From assembly GCA_045105515.1 (NCBI GenBank), contig JBGCDR010000406.1, positions 1 to 17,526 of the forward strand: 17,526 nt of DNA, read 5' to 3'. The number at the start of each line of letters is the position of its first letter. Positions within the stretch are counted from its first letter, which is position 1. The stretch is from Oligoflexales bacterium (GTDB lineage: Bacteria > Bdellovibrionota_B > Oligoflexia > Oligoflexales > Bog-1112). The position numbers were made by a program, and so were the translations under genes. The notes under the pieces were generated by a model. The model was not told the origin of the DNA. It worked only from the letters and a program-made list of their open reading frames with translations, and made no database searches. This document shows positions 1-8,237 of the stretch, piece after piece.

Positions 1-1
1 C

Positions 2-94
2 GCAGCTTCTTCAAAGTTAAGAGTCAGAATTGATAAGCTTCGTGATGAAATAGGTTACGCAGCAGCAGGTCTTTGGAACTATAAAATAACATAA
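2..94 (+). CDS. Probable 3' end of an unidentified gene running in from the left edge (…AASSKLRVRIDKLRDEIGYAAAGLWNYKIT*)
   Basis: Frame 2 is open from the window edge to TAA at 92-94 with protein-like composition, followed by an AT-rich spacer. Too short to assign a family. Confidence 0.5.
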   Translation, partial: AASSKLRVRIDKLRDEIGYAAAGLWNYKIT

Positions 95-151
95 ATTAAG
101 CTACCAAAGGGTTTTATCAATTGTTAGACAACTCTATTATGTGACACTAAA

Positions 152-955
152 TTGGACGATAACATTACCACAGATCCTTATACGGAATTCGATAAGATAC
201 TAAATCAACAGCATGCAAAAAACGTTTGCGATGGATTTAGAGCATATCTTAATAAAATAAGATCAGGCAAGGATGTTATGAACGGAGTAGAAAATCTGAC
301 ATGGTCTATAGCTGATATTGAAGGTAACGACAGGAATTTTTTAAAGGAAATAAAGTCAACCTTATCTAATGGATTAAACCTTTTTGAAAATCATCAGGAC
401 AAAACTATCAAAAATGGTAAAGACCAACTTACAAACCTAATTCAAACTCAAATACCGTCAATTGTTAAAAAGTTCTTCTTAGTAGAAAAAGAAATCTGCA
501 ATCAATATTTCAATGGCAACAATCTACCTTCTGATCAGCATAGACAAATGCAAAATGAGGAACAACAGCACAAGATACTTAGCAATGCATATTGGGAAAT
601 GGAGAGACTACCACTCGAAGATGTACTTATTTTGCGAAGGACACCAGTAAACATCTCTTCCCTACAAGAATTTTTAGATATCAATGAAAAACTCATAAAG
701 ACATTCCCAAAGTTTAAAAATTTTGGCATAGTCGTAGATATGCGACAAGCACAAGGAAGAAATGATCCCGAGTTCGAAAATTCAATGATGAATTTACGAG
801 TTAACATTAATGCTAACTTCTCCAGAGTTGCCGTCTTACTCGTAAGTAAAACTGGAGTTTTGCAAGTGAATAGAATTGGACGAAATGAAGGTGTAGATAA
901 CTTTGCAACTGTAAACGAATCTGCTGCAATTCGTTTCGCAAAAGGAGCAGCTTAA
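152..955 (+). CDS. Hypothetical protein: helical N-terminal region plus C-terminal STAS/SpoIIAA(SEC14)-like domain
   Basis: 267-aa ORF. The C-terminal ~125 aa has the pattern IVVDMRQAQGRNDPEFE…FSRVAVLL…GVLQVNR…ESAAIRF, which I recognise from small uncharacterised myxobacterial STAS-like proteins. The TTG start at 152 has no clear SD, so the start is uncertain (in-frame ATG at 278). Confidence 0.7.
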   Translation: MDDNITTDPYTEFDKILNQQHAKNVCDGFRAYLNKIRSGKDVMNGVENLTWSIADIEGNDRNFLKEIKSTLSNGLNLFENHQDKTIKNGKDQLTNLIQTQIPSIVKKFFLVEKEICNQYFNGNNLPSDQHRQMQNEEQQHKILSNAYWEMERLPLEDVLILRRTPVNISSLQEFLDINEKLIKTFPKFKNFGIVVDMRQAQGRNDPEFENSMMNLRVNINANFSRVAVLLVSKTGVLQVNRIGRNEGVDNFATVNESAAIRFAKGAA

Positions 956-1060
956 ACAAAGGGCTAAATCAGTTTTAAAAAAATATATCTTAACACATTA
1001 ACCTACAAAAATAGAACAGACAATAAATATATAAAATAATCTTGACTATTGTTCATTTTT

Positions 1061-1822
1061 TTAACCAAATTTTCCTCTTATATAATCGTGAGTTTGAGAG
1101 TTACTTGGATTCTCAAACATCTGTTTAGTAACTCCTGCCTCAACAAGTTTTCCTTCATACATAAAGAGTACTTCATCTGATACACGACGTGCCTGTTGCA
1201 TATTGTGAGTCACAATTAATATAGTGTAATTTTCACTCAACTTAAAAATTAGTTCTTCAATGCTTGCTGTCGATTTAGGATCTAATGCAGAACATGGCTC
1301 ATCCATTAAAATAATGTCTGGATCCATTGCAATAGTACGAGCTATACACAAACGTTGTTGTTGCCCACCAGAAAGTGATAAAGCGGAATCCTCAAGTCGA
1401 TGCTTCACCTCATCCCATAAAGCTGCGCGTTTAAGAGATGTTTCAACTAGCTCTGAATAATTTTTCTTCATAAGATTAATCTTCGGTCCCCAAATGATAT
1501 TTTTAGCAATCGATTTAGGGAAGGGATTAGGTTTTTGAAAGACCATCCCTATCTTTTTCCTCACTAAAACTGGATTGGCTTTTTGATGATAAATATCTTC
1601 GGACTCAAACCACAAACTACCGTGAACTCTTACACTTGGAACAAAGTCATGCATGCGATTCATTGCTCGCATGAGGGTACTTTTTCCACAACCTGATGGA
1701 CCAATGATTGCCGTGACCTTATTGCGTTTAAAGCCATAGGACACGCCATCTACAGCTTTATTCTCACCATAATAAACTGAAAGATTCTTCGCTTCCATTA
1801 CATACGAGCTTCCTAATCTCAT
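1061..1822 (-). CDS. pstB: Phosphate ABC transporter ATP-binding protein PstB
   Basis: Walker A GPSGCGKST, GMVFQKPNPFP, signature LSGGQQQR, Walker B LMDEPCSALDP, VTHNMQQA and the C-terminal YIRGKFG typical of PstB. ATGA overlap with the pstA stop. Confidence 0.97.
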   Translation of the reverse strand: MRLGSSYVMEAKNLSVYYGENKAVDGVSYGFKRNKVTAIIGPSGCGKSTLMRAMNRMHDFVPSVRVHGSLWFESEDIYHQKANPVLVRKKIGMVFQKPNPFPKSIAKNIIWGPKINLMKKNYSELVETSLKRAALWDEVKHRLEDSALSLSGGQQQRLCIARTIAMDPDIILMDEPCSALDPKSTASIEELIFKLSENYTILIVTHNMQQARRVSDEVLFMYEGKLVEAGVTKQMFENPSNSQTHDYIRGKFG

Positions 1823-2664
1823 GACGGATACCTTTGCAGTTTTTGGCGGATGATCACCGCTGTGAGGTTAAACATAAACAAAATTGCCAGTAAAACAAGT
1901 ATTCCTGATGCTGCAATTTCATGAAATCCCGATTGAGGCCTTGAAGCCCAATCATAGATTTGCAAAGGCAGTGCAGTAAAATCATCACTTGGAGATTGTG
2001 GAATAAACCTCATATAGCCCACAGCACCAACAATGATAAGAGGGGCGGTTTCACCAATTGCTCTTGAGAGTGACAAGATTGCTCCTGTCAAAATCCCAGG
2101 AAGGGCTGCAGGAAGTACCACGAATAGTACCACCTGCCATTTCTGTGCTCCAAGCGCAAAGGAAGCTTCACGAATCACCAATGGGACAGACCTAATTGCA
2201 CCTTGTGAAGCAACGATAATAACCGGCAAGATTAGAAGGCATAGAGTCAGGCTTCCCGACCACAGGGAACGCCCTAATCCAAAATATCTAACAAAGATCG
2301 CTAAACCTAAGAGTCCGTAAATAATAGATGGAACACCTGCAAGGTTTGCAATATTGATCTCCAAAAAACGAGTAAACCGATTTTTTAAGGCATACTCTTC
2401 TAAATATATCGCAGTTGCTACACCTAAAGGCAAAGCAAAAACACTGGTTAGACCAATAAGCCAAAGGGTTCCCCAAAGTGCTGATTTAATTCCTGCACGC
2501 TCTGGACGTCTTGATGAAAAGTTGTTCAAGAAATCTAAATCAATATGTGTCATACCTTTTAAGAAAAGGTGATATAGGAGCATCGCAAGAACTGCTACTG
2601 CGGCAAAGGTAGATAAAAAGCACAGACCCTTAAAAATACGATTCAGCACCATCCTGCTGTACAT
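1819..2664 (-). CDS. pstA: Phosphate ABC transporter permease PstA
   Basis: Multi-TM protein with AIYLEEY, NLAGVPSIIYGLLG, EAA-type loop REASFALGA and RAIGETAPL. Position in the pst operon. Confidence 0.96.
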   Translation of the reverse strand: MYSRMVLNRIFKGLCFLSTFAAVAVLAMLLYHLFLKGMTHIDLDFLNNFSSRRPERAGIKSALWGTLWLIGLTSVFALPLGVATAIYLEEYALKNRFTRFLEINIANLAGVPSIIYGLLGLAIFVRYFGLGRSLWSGSLTLCLLILPVIIVASQGAIRSVPLVIREASFALGAQKWQVVLFVVLPAALPGILTGAILSLSRAIGETAPLIIVGAVGYMRFIPQSPSDDFTALPLQIYDWASRPQSGFHEIAASGILVLLAILFMFNLTAVIIRQKLQRYPS

Positions 2665-2667
2665 GAT

Positions 2668-3633
2668 CTATCCCTTCTTTGCAGATTTCATATATTGGTT
2701 CCCAAGAATATTCAGAACAAATGTCATCACAAATAAAAGAGATGCTACAGCATAACAAGTCAAATACTCAATTCCACCAGAAGGTGTATCACCCAAACTC
2801 ACTTCAACAATGTAAGCTGTCATAGTTTGAATACTTTTCAAAAATCCAAATTCCATATTTGGTGTTGCACCAGCCGCTAAGGTTACTGCCATTGTTTCAC
2901 CTAAGGCTCTAGAGATCGCTAAAATTATTGCCGCAATAATCCTAAAAGAAGCTGCAGGTATTAGGATATCTCGGATAAGCTCAAAATGGGTAGCACCAAG
3001 GCCATAACCTGCTTCTTTTAAGCTCTTGGGTACAGCTTGAAAAGCATCATCGCAGAGAGAAGAAACCATTGGAAGAATCATGATCCCTACAACAATTCCT
3101 GCACTTGCGGCGTTAAATACTTCAATATCAGGAAAATAGCTTATCAATAAAGGAGTTATAAAGGTAAGAGCAAAATAGCCATAAACAACGGTAGGTATCC
3201 CAGCTAAGATTTCAAGAAAGGGCTTCACCACCGATCGAATAGAAAAGCTGGCAAATTCACTCAAATAGGTAGAAATTAGCAAACCAATCGGTAGTGCTAT
3301 AGATATGGAAAGAATCACAATAAGAGAACTTCCCAATACCAATGGCAATACCCCATATCGTGCAGGGTAAATCAAAGGTTGCCATTCTGTCCCAAATAAA
3401 AAATCTGCAAAAGGTACCACTTGGAAAAAGTTTATGGCTTCTCGGCTAATTAAAAAGATAATGCTTAACGTAGTCAACAAGGTCACCGAAGTTGATGCAA
3501 GCAAAACAAGCTTTAATGCAAGTTCAGGCATGCTTAACTTGGGACATAAAATAGTTTCGACTTTTTTGCCTTCGCTATTGGCCTCGCACTCGATGCTTAA
3601 GCCGATAGAGAGATCTTTTGAATAAGCTTCCAT
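2668..3633 (-). CDS. pstC: Phosphate ABC transporter permease PstC
   Basis: FLFGTEW, YLSEFA, EILAGIPTVVYGYFA, EAGYGLGAT and RALGETMAV motifs. ATG 3633 has a GAGGAG SD 11 nt upstream and overlaps the pstS end by 37 bp. The alternative ATG at 3531 has no SD. Confidence 0.95.
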   Translation of the reverse strand: MEAYSKDLSIGLSIECEANSEGKKVETILCPKLSMPELALKLVLLASTSVTLLTTLSIIFLISREAINFFQVVPFADFLFGTEWQPLIYPARYGVLPLVLGSSLIVILSISIALPIGLLISTYLSEFASFSIRSVVKPFLEILAGIPTVVYGYFALTFITPLLISYFPDIEVFNAASAGIVVGIMILPMVSSLCDDAFQAVPKSLKEAGYGLGATHFELIRDILIPAASFRIIAAIILAISRALGETMAVTLAAGATPNMEFGFLKSIQTMTAYIVEVSLGDTPSGGIEYLTCYAVASLLFVMTFVLNILGNQYMKSAKKG

Positions 3634-4532
3634 GAAGCTTCATACTCCTCTTTTTGCAGGGGAACATATCCAACATCTTTAACAAGTGAACCGGCATTTT
3701 CCAAATAGAATTCCACAAACTTGGAGACAGCTGGACGCTTCAATGAGGCAGAATTTATATAGATATAAACCTGCCTTGCTAAAGGTTTATAGCTCCCATT
3801 AAAAACTGATTCAAAAGAGGGTAAAATTGCTTTACTACCTTTATTTTTGATGGGAGCTGCTTTTATCTTATTTTTATTTTCTACGTAATAAGAAAGCCCA
3901 AAATAACCTAGAGCTCCTTGATTTCCGGCCACTCCTCGTACGAGCATATTATCATCTTCACTTTTCGTAAAATCGGAGCGACTGGCTTGTGATTTACCGT
4001 TAATCACTTCGGTAAAATAGTCAAAGGTTCCTGAATGAGTCCCTGGACCATAGAGCTTTATTGGAATATCAGGCCAATTTGGACGTAGCTGCTTCCAAGT
4101 CTTAATAGTACTCCCTGGCTTCCATATTTGATGCAGTTCATCGACGGTAAGATGATCAAGCCAAGCATTTCTCTTGTTGATGACTACGGAGATTCCATCA
4201 TAAGCCACAGGAATCTGCACGTACCTAATTCCTAACTTTTCTGCTCTATTTTCCTCTATAATTTTGATCAACCTAGATGCATCGTTAATATCAGTTTCCT
4301 GATTGAGGAATTTTTTGAACCCTCCTCCTGTACCTGAAACTCCTACGGTCACCCTCACCTGTGGGTATTTGATGCCAAACTCCTCGGCTACTGCTTCAGT
4401 GATTGGGTAAACTGTACTAGAGCCGTCGATTCTAACTCTACCTTTGAAATTAGACTCCGCAAAGGTGTTACCCCCCAAACCAAATAATAAAACCACAATT
4501 AAAGTAGTTATGGACCATTTTTTATACAGCAC
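3597..4532 (-). CDS. pstS: Phosphate ABC transporter substrate-binding protein PstS
   Basis: [34 protein letters not shown] and YKPLAR motifs. Sec-type signal peptide without a lipobox Cys. GTG start with a GGGAGAG SD. Confidence 0.95.
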   Translation of the reverse strand: MLYKKWSITTLIVVLLFGLGGNTFAESNFKGRVRIDGSSTVYPITEAVAEEFGIKYPQVRVTVGVSGTGGGFKKFLNQETDINDASRLIKIIEENRAEKLGIRYVQIPVAYDGISVVINKRNAWLDHLTVDELHQIWKPGSTIKTWKQLRPNWPDIPIKLYGPGTHSGTFDYFTEVINGKSQASRSDFTKSEDDNMLVRGVAGNQGALGYFGLSYYVENKNKIKAAPIKNKGSKAILPSFESVFNGSYKPLARQVYIYINSASLKRPAVSKFVEFYLENAGSLVKDVGYVPLQKEEYEASWKLIQKISLSA

Positions 4533-5019
4533 AGCATCTCTCCCAATTCATAATTGCTGATCGATTTTACGTAGTGACAAGTAGCTATATATTTTCTATA
4601 TGATCGATTAACAAATAACATAAATATATAAAGATCAGGTAAATTCTTCGGTCATACAAACAAAAGTTTACATTTTGTTTTATCTAAGGGAATTTTCACT
4701 TTGATGCCGGTAAATATTGGCCCCTTAGTAAAATTTTTTTATGGTGGACGTGAATCTCATAAACCTATAAACCAATGTCAAGAGATTTTAGAATAAGATA
4801 AGTTTCACATGGCGTTCTAAATAGGTTATGGTAAGCAACACTAAGTAAGAAGTAGGGGCTGCCTTATTTTATAGCATTTTGCAGGCATCCTGTAATTTCA
4901 GTAACTTAGATTTTATGGATACCTAGTCATCCACGTGCTCTGTGGATAGGGTCTCTAGTGTTCAGAGAGTATGCATGACACCATTCTTCTGTTCAAGCGC
5001 TGAAGCTGATTTAACAAGC

Positions 5020-6051
5020 TCAGCTGATTACATAGAGTTGTTCCTGAAGCTTACTAACAATCTCTTGGGTTTGCTGCGAGTTAATATTAAAGTATGCTTC
5101 ACATTGGTGAATACCATGCTCATCAATCAGATGTGGTTCAAGCATAATCCAATGTTTTATGTAATTGGCAAGTGCCACAATATGACAAAGAAAACCATCT
5201 CCTTCATTTGAACGAAGACCAGGATTATGATGGTGTTTTATGGGGTTGAAAGTAAAGTCAGGAAACCCCCAAAAAGCTGCTGCAATTTCTCCCAACAAGC
5301 AATGATCAATGAGAGGGACCTTCTTTTCAAGATTAACCCAGGTATCCTGATGCTTAATGTCTTTTATTTGAATCCAGAGATTATCCATTTTTTCCGGAAA
5401 TACAATAACACCCGCCATTTTACCAATGTTGCATAAATAGCCAGCAATAAAAGCTCGATCACGATCAAATTTGGACTTAAAATGCATCCAAAGCTGCTCG
5501 CTAATTAGCCCGGTAAGAAAAGAATCCTGCCAAAAGGTGTCAAGGGGAAAAACTTTAGTTTTAAACCTAAGTTTTTTAAACATAGATCTCAGTATTATCG
5601 ATGACAACCTTTTTTTACCAATGTAGATGATAGCATGCTTAACAGAAACTTCTCTTTGCTTACGTTCTTTTTTGACAAGCCTTAAGCTGTTATAGACATA
5701 TAGAACTTCGGTAAGAGTAAATGGTTCAATTTTAACTAGCTTAACTAGTTCATCCACATCATATTCTTCTGACAAGAGAGCGTTTTGAATTTCGATGATA
5801 GTTGACGGTATATTTGGAAGGGTCTCAAGTTTTGGGATTTGATTGAAAATACTCTTGGCTTCCGGGCTAAGCTTGAGACTCGGGCTATACCAGGGGTAAC
5901 CTCCCTTTGGCAGGCACATGGTCGACCCACAGTCACAATTAAACCACAAGCGCTCATCCTCAGAGAGCCTCCAATTTGATGTGCTCTCTAGAAAATCTTC
6001 TGAACGCAAAAATTCTTTTTTGCAGTTGCCACATACCTTCTTTTCTTTCAT
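5020..6051 (-). CDS. HDOD domain protein with N-terminal Cys-rich zinc-ribbon-like module
   Basis: HDOD pattern LPNIP…EP…NS…SVKHAIIYIG…FWQDS…AFIAGYLCNIGK…H..LG…WGFP…IKHHH…IVALAN. N-terminal CGNC…CDC….C. ATG with an AAGGA SD 7 nt upstream. Confidence 0.88.
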   Translation of the reverse strand: MKEKKVCGNCKKEFLRSEDFLESTSNWRLSEDERLWFNCDCGSTMCLPKGGYPWYSPSLKLSPEAKSIFNQIPKLETLPNIPSTIIEIQNALLSEEYDVDELVKLVKIEPFTLTEVLYVYNSLRLVKKERKQREVSVKHAIIYIGKKRLSSIILRSMFKKLRFKTKVFPLDTFWQDSFLTGLISEQLWMHFKSKFDRDRAFIAGYLCNIGKMAGVIVFPEKMDNLWIQIKDIKHQDTWVNLEKKVPLIDHCLLGEIAAAFWGFPDFTFNPIKHHHNPGLRSNEGDGFLCHIVALANYIKHWIMLEPHLIDEHGIHQCEAYFNINSQQTQEIVSKLQEQLYVIS

Positions 6052-6255
6052 GGGTTAGTCCTTAAAAATGTTGCATCCAGAAACCTGAAGGCGATTTATT
6101 TTACTATTGGTGACAACGATGTCTGAAGAAATACATCCCTATATGCCACTGAATCTGACGGAAAGAGAAACGCCAAATTAGTGCGCCCAGCTCTTATTTT
6201 ATCAAAAATAACTCCACAACCATCTTCTTGTGAAATAGCTTAATCACCGCCCCAC

Positions 6256-6269
6256 CAAAATTAATTTTG
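6256..6269. promoter_or_regulatory. Perfect 14-bp palindrome CAAAATTAATTTTG, candidate operator
   Basis: Self-complementary sequence read directly, located in the divergent HDOD/moxR intergenic region. AT-rich, so a chance occurrence is possible. Confidence 0.3.
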
Positions 6270-6287
6270 CAGTTTACAAAACCTGTG

Positions 6288-6311
6288 CTTAAGGTTCTCT
6301 TATACCTTAAG
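6288..6311. promoter_or_regulatory. Perfect 8-8-8 inverted repeat CTTAAGGT-N8-ACCTTAAG, candidate operator for the moxR/bat operon
   Basis: Read directly. It ends 48 bp before the moxR ATG, just upstream of a possible extended -10 (TGcTAGGAT, 6313-6321). Confidence 0.4.
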
Positions 6312-6359
6312 ATGCTAGGATGAAGCCGGTTTGGAGAAAGAAAATTTAGTGGGATACAA

Positions 6360-7355
6360 ATGAGTTACGATCAGCAAACTGATGAGATCCAAGAAAAAAT
6401 CAAAGAAACTGCGGGCTTAGTTGATAAGATTCTCGATGAAACCAAGAAGCGTATCGTAGGCCAACCCCATGTCTGCAAACGCCTTGTTATGGCCATCATA
6501 GCCCAGGGTCATGTGCTTCTCGAAGGACTCCCAGGCCTGGCCAAAACTACAGCAATCAAATCCTTGGCCGATGCCGCCGCTCTTGATTTCAAGCGGATTC
6601 AGTTTACCCCAGATCTTTTGCCAGCTGACTTGGTCGGTACCCAGATCTACGATCAGCGTACTGCTGAGTTTAAAGTTAAGCAGGGGCCTATTTTTGCCCA
6701 TCTAGTACTTGCCGATGAGATTAATCGCGCCCCAGCAAAAGTTCAATCAGCACTGCTGGAAGCTATGGAAGAAAGACAAGTCACCATCGCATCAAAAACC
6801 TGGGAGCTAGAAGAGCCTTTTCTAGTTATGGCAACACAAAATCCAGTGGAACAGGAAGGCACTTACCCATTACCAGAAGCCCAGATTGATCGTTTCATTT
6901 TTAAACTCGTGGTCTCATATCCAAGTCCAGAAGAAGAGGAACTTATCATAAAAAGGGCTGCCTCCCATCAAAAAATTCTGCTGGAAAAGGTAGTGACTAA
7001 ACACGAGTTGCGAGATATGCGGAGTCTTGTGGATCAGATTTATGTTTCAGACAAGATCCGGCGCTATATTGTCGACCTCATTTATGCTAGTCGCAAACCT
7101 AAAGACCATAAACTCAAAGACCTTGATGCCTTGATTGAATATGGTGCAAGCCCTAGAGCTTCCATTGCTCTCGATAGGGTTGCCAGAGTTAATGCCATGC
7201 TTGAAGGCCGTACTTTTGTTACACCACAAGACATTAAAGACGTGGGTTATGACATCTTAAGACATCGCATTAAACCTTCTTATGAAGCAGAAGCTGAAAA
7301 TATAGACTCGGAACAGATCATTCACCAAATCTTTGAAAGAATTGACGTGCCCTAA
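6360..7355 (+). CDS. moxR: MoxR-family AAA+ ATPase
   Basis: GHVLLEGLPGLAKT (Walker A), RIQFTPDLLPAD, LADEINRAPAKVQSALLEAM (Walker B), ATQNPVEQEGTYPLPEAQIDRF and GASPRA. Confidence 0.97.
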   Translation: MSYDQQTDEIQEKIKETAGLVDKILDETKKRIVGQPHVCKRLVMAIIAQGHVLLEGLPGLAKTTAIKSLADAAALDFKRIQFTPDLLPADLVGTQIYDQRTAEFKVKQGPIFAHLVLADEINRAPAKVQSALLEAMEERQVTIASKTWELEEPFLVMATQNPVEQEGTYPLPEAQIDRFIFKLVVSYPSPEEEELIIKRAASHQKILLEKVVTKHELRDMRSLVDQIYVSDKIRRYIVDLIYASRKPKDHKLKDLDALIEYGASPRASIALDRVARVNAMLEGRTFVTPQDIKDVGYDILRHRIKPSYEAEAENIDSEQIIHQIFERIDVP

Positions 7356-7356
7356 T

Positions 7357-8235
7357 ATGCTTTCTCCAAAGGTTTTAAATCAGATCAAACAGATTCAGCT
7401 GAAAGCTGGATTTTTAACCACCGATTCAATGGTGGGCGAATACTCTTCTGCCTTCAAAGGCTTGGGGCAGGAATTTGACAAAGTTCGTGAGTATTTCTTA
7501 GGTGATGACATTCGTGCAATCGACTGGAATGTAACCGCGAGGATGAACGAACCGTTTGTCAAGGTTTACCGTGAAGAACGGGAAATGACCCTTATGCTGA
7601 TGGTCGATGTAAGCTCTTCTCAGCGTTTTGGTACAACCGGCCACCTTAAGCAGGAGATTGCAGCTGAGCTGACTGCAATGCTGGCTTTTTTGGCAATAAA
7701 AAACAATGACAAAGTAGGTCTCATAGTCTTTTCCGACCATGTTGAACAGTTTATCCCGCCCAAAAAAGGACGGGCACATGTGTGGCGCATTATTCGCTCT
7801 GTCCTAACTCACCAAAGCAAAGGACACCAAACAGACTTAGCCGGCTCACTTGCTTACCTCTTACAAGTTTGGAAGAAGAAAAGCATGTGCTTTTTAATCT
7901 CTGATTTCGAAGCATCAGACTACCAAAAGAACCTAAAACTCGTTAGCCGTAAACATGATTTGACCTGTGTTTTAGCCACAGATCAAAGAGAAAATTCATT
8001 GCCACCATGTGGCATTATCCAGTTTCAAGATGCGGAAAGTGGAGAAATAATATCAATTGATAGCTCTGATCCTAAGGTAAGAGAGTCTTTTGCTCAGAGA
8101 TCCAAGAGTGAGTGGCAGCAACTAGAGAGCTTTTTTAAAAAGAACCGCATTGATTATTTTGTAGTGGATACCAAGCAGTCTTTGGTCAAACCATTAGTGG
8201 CTTACTTCAGAAAACGTGAAAAGAGGCTAGGATAA
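7357..8235 (+). CDS. DUF58 family protein (vWA-like, MoxR-associated)
   Basis: GQEFDKVREY..GDDIRAIDWNVTAR, VKVYREERE, MIDAS-like DVSSS and ISDF. ATG at 7357, just after the moxR stop, is preferred over the ORF-track start 7333. Confidence 0.93.
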   Translation: MLSPKVLNQIKQIQLKAGFLTTDSMVGEYSSAFKGLGQEFDKVREYFLGDDIRAIDWNVTARMNEPFVKVYREEREMTLMLMVDVSSSQRFGTTGHLKQEIAAELTAMLAFLAIKNNDKVGLIVFSDHVEQFIPPKKGRAHVWRIIRSVLTHQSKGHQTDLAGSLAYLLQVWKKKSMCFLISDFEASDYQKNLKLVSRKHDLTCVLATDQRENSLPPCGIIQFQDAESGEIISIDSSDPKVRESFAQRSKSEWQQLESFFKKNRIDYFVVDTKQSLVKPLVAYFRKREKRLG

Positions 8236-8237
8236 AC

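Noticed and set aside
956..1060. Bidirectional terminator between the convergent hypothetical gene and pstB
   Set aside because: Very AT-rich with no GC-rich stem visible.
4574..4580. TTGTCAC half-site upstream of pstS as a PHO box
   Set aside because: No second half-site at 11-bp spacing, so it is insufficient to call.
4927..4949. DnaA-box-like sequences (CTATCCACA on the - strand, TCATCCACG on the + strand)
   Set aside because: Only 8/9 and 7/9 matches, no cluster of boxes and no origin-associated genes nearby.
6052..6250. Riboswitch or sigma54 promoter upstream of the HDOD gene
   Set aside because: I found no recognisable aptamer motif and no proper TGGCAC-N5-TTGC (GG-N10-GC) site.
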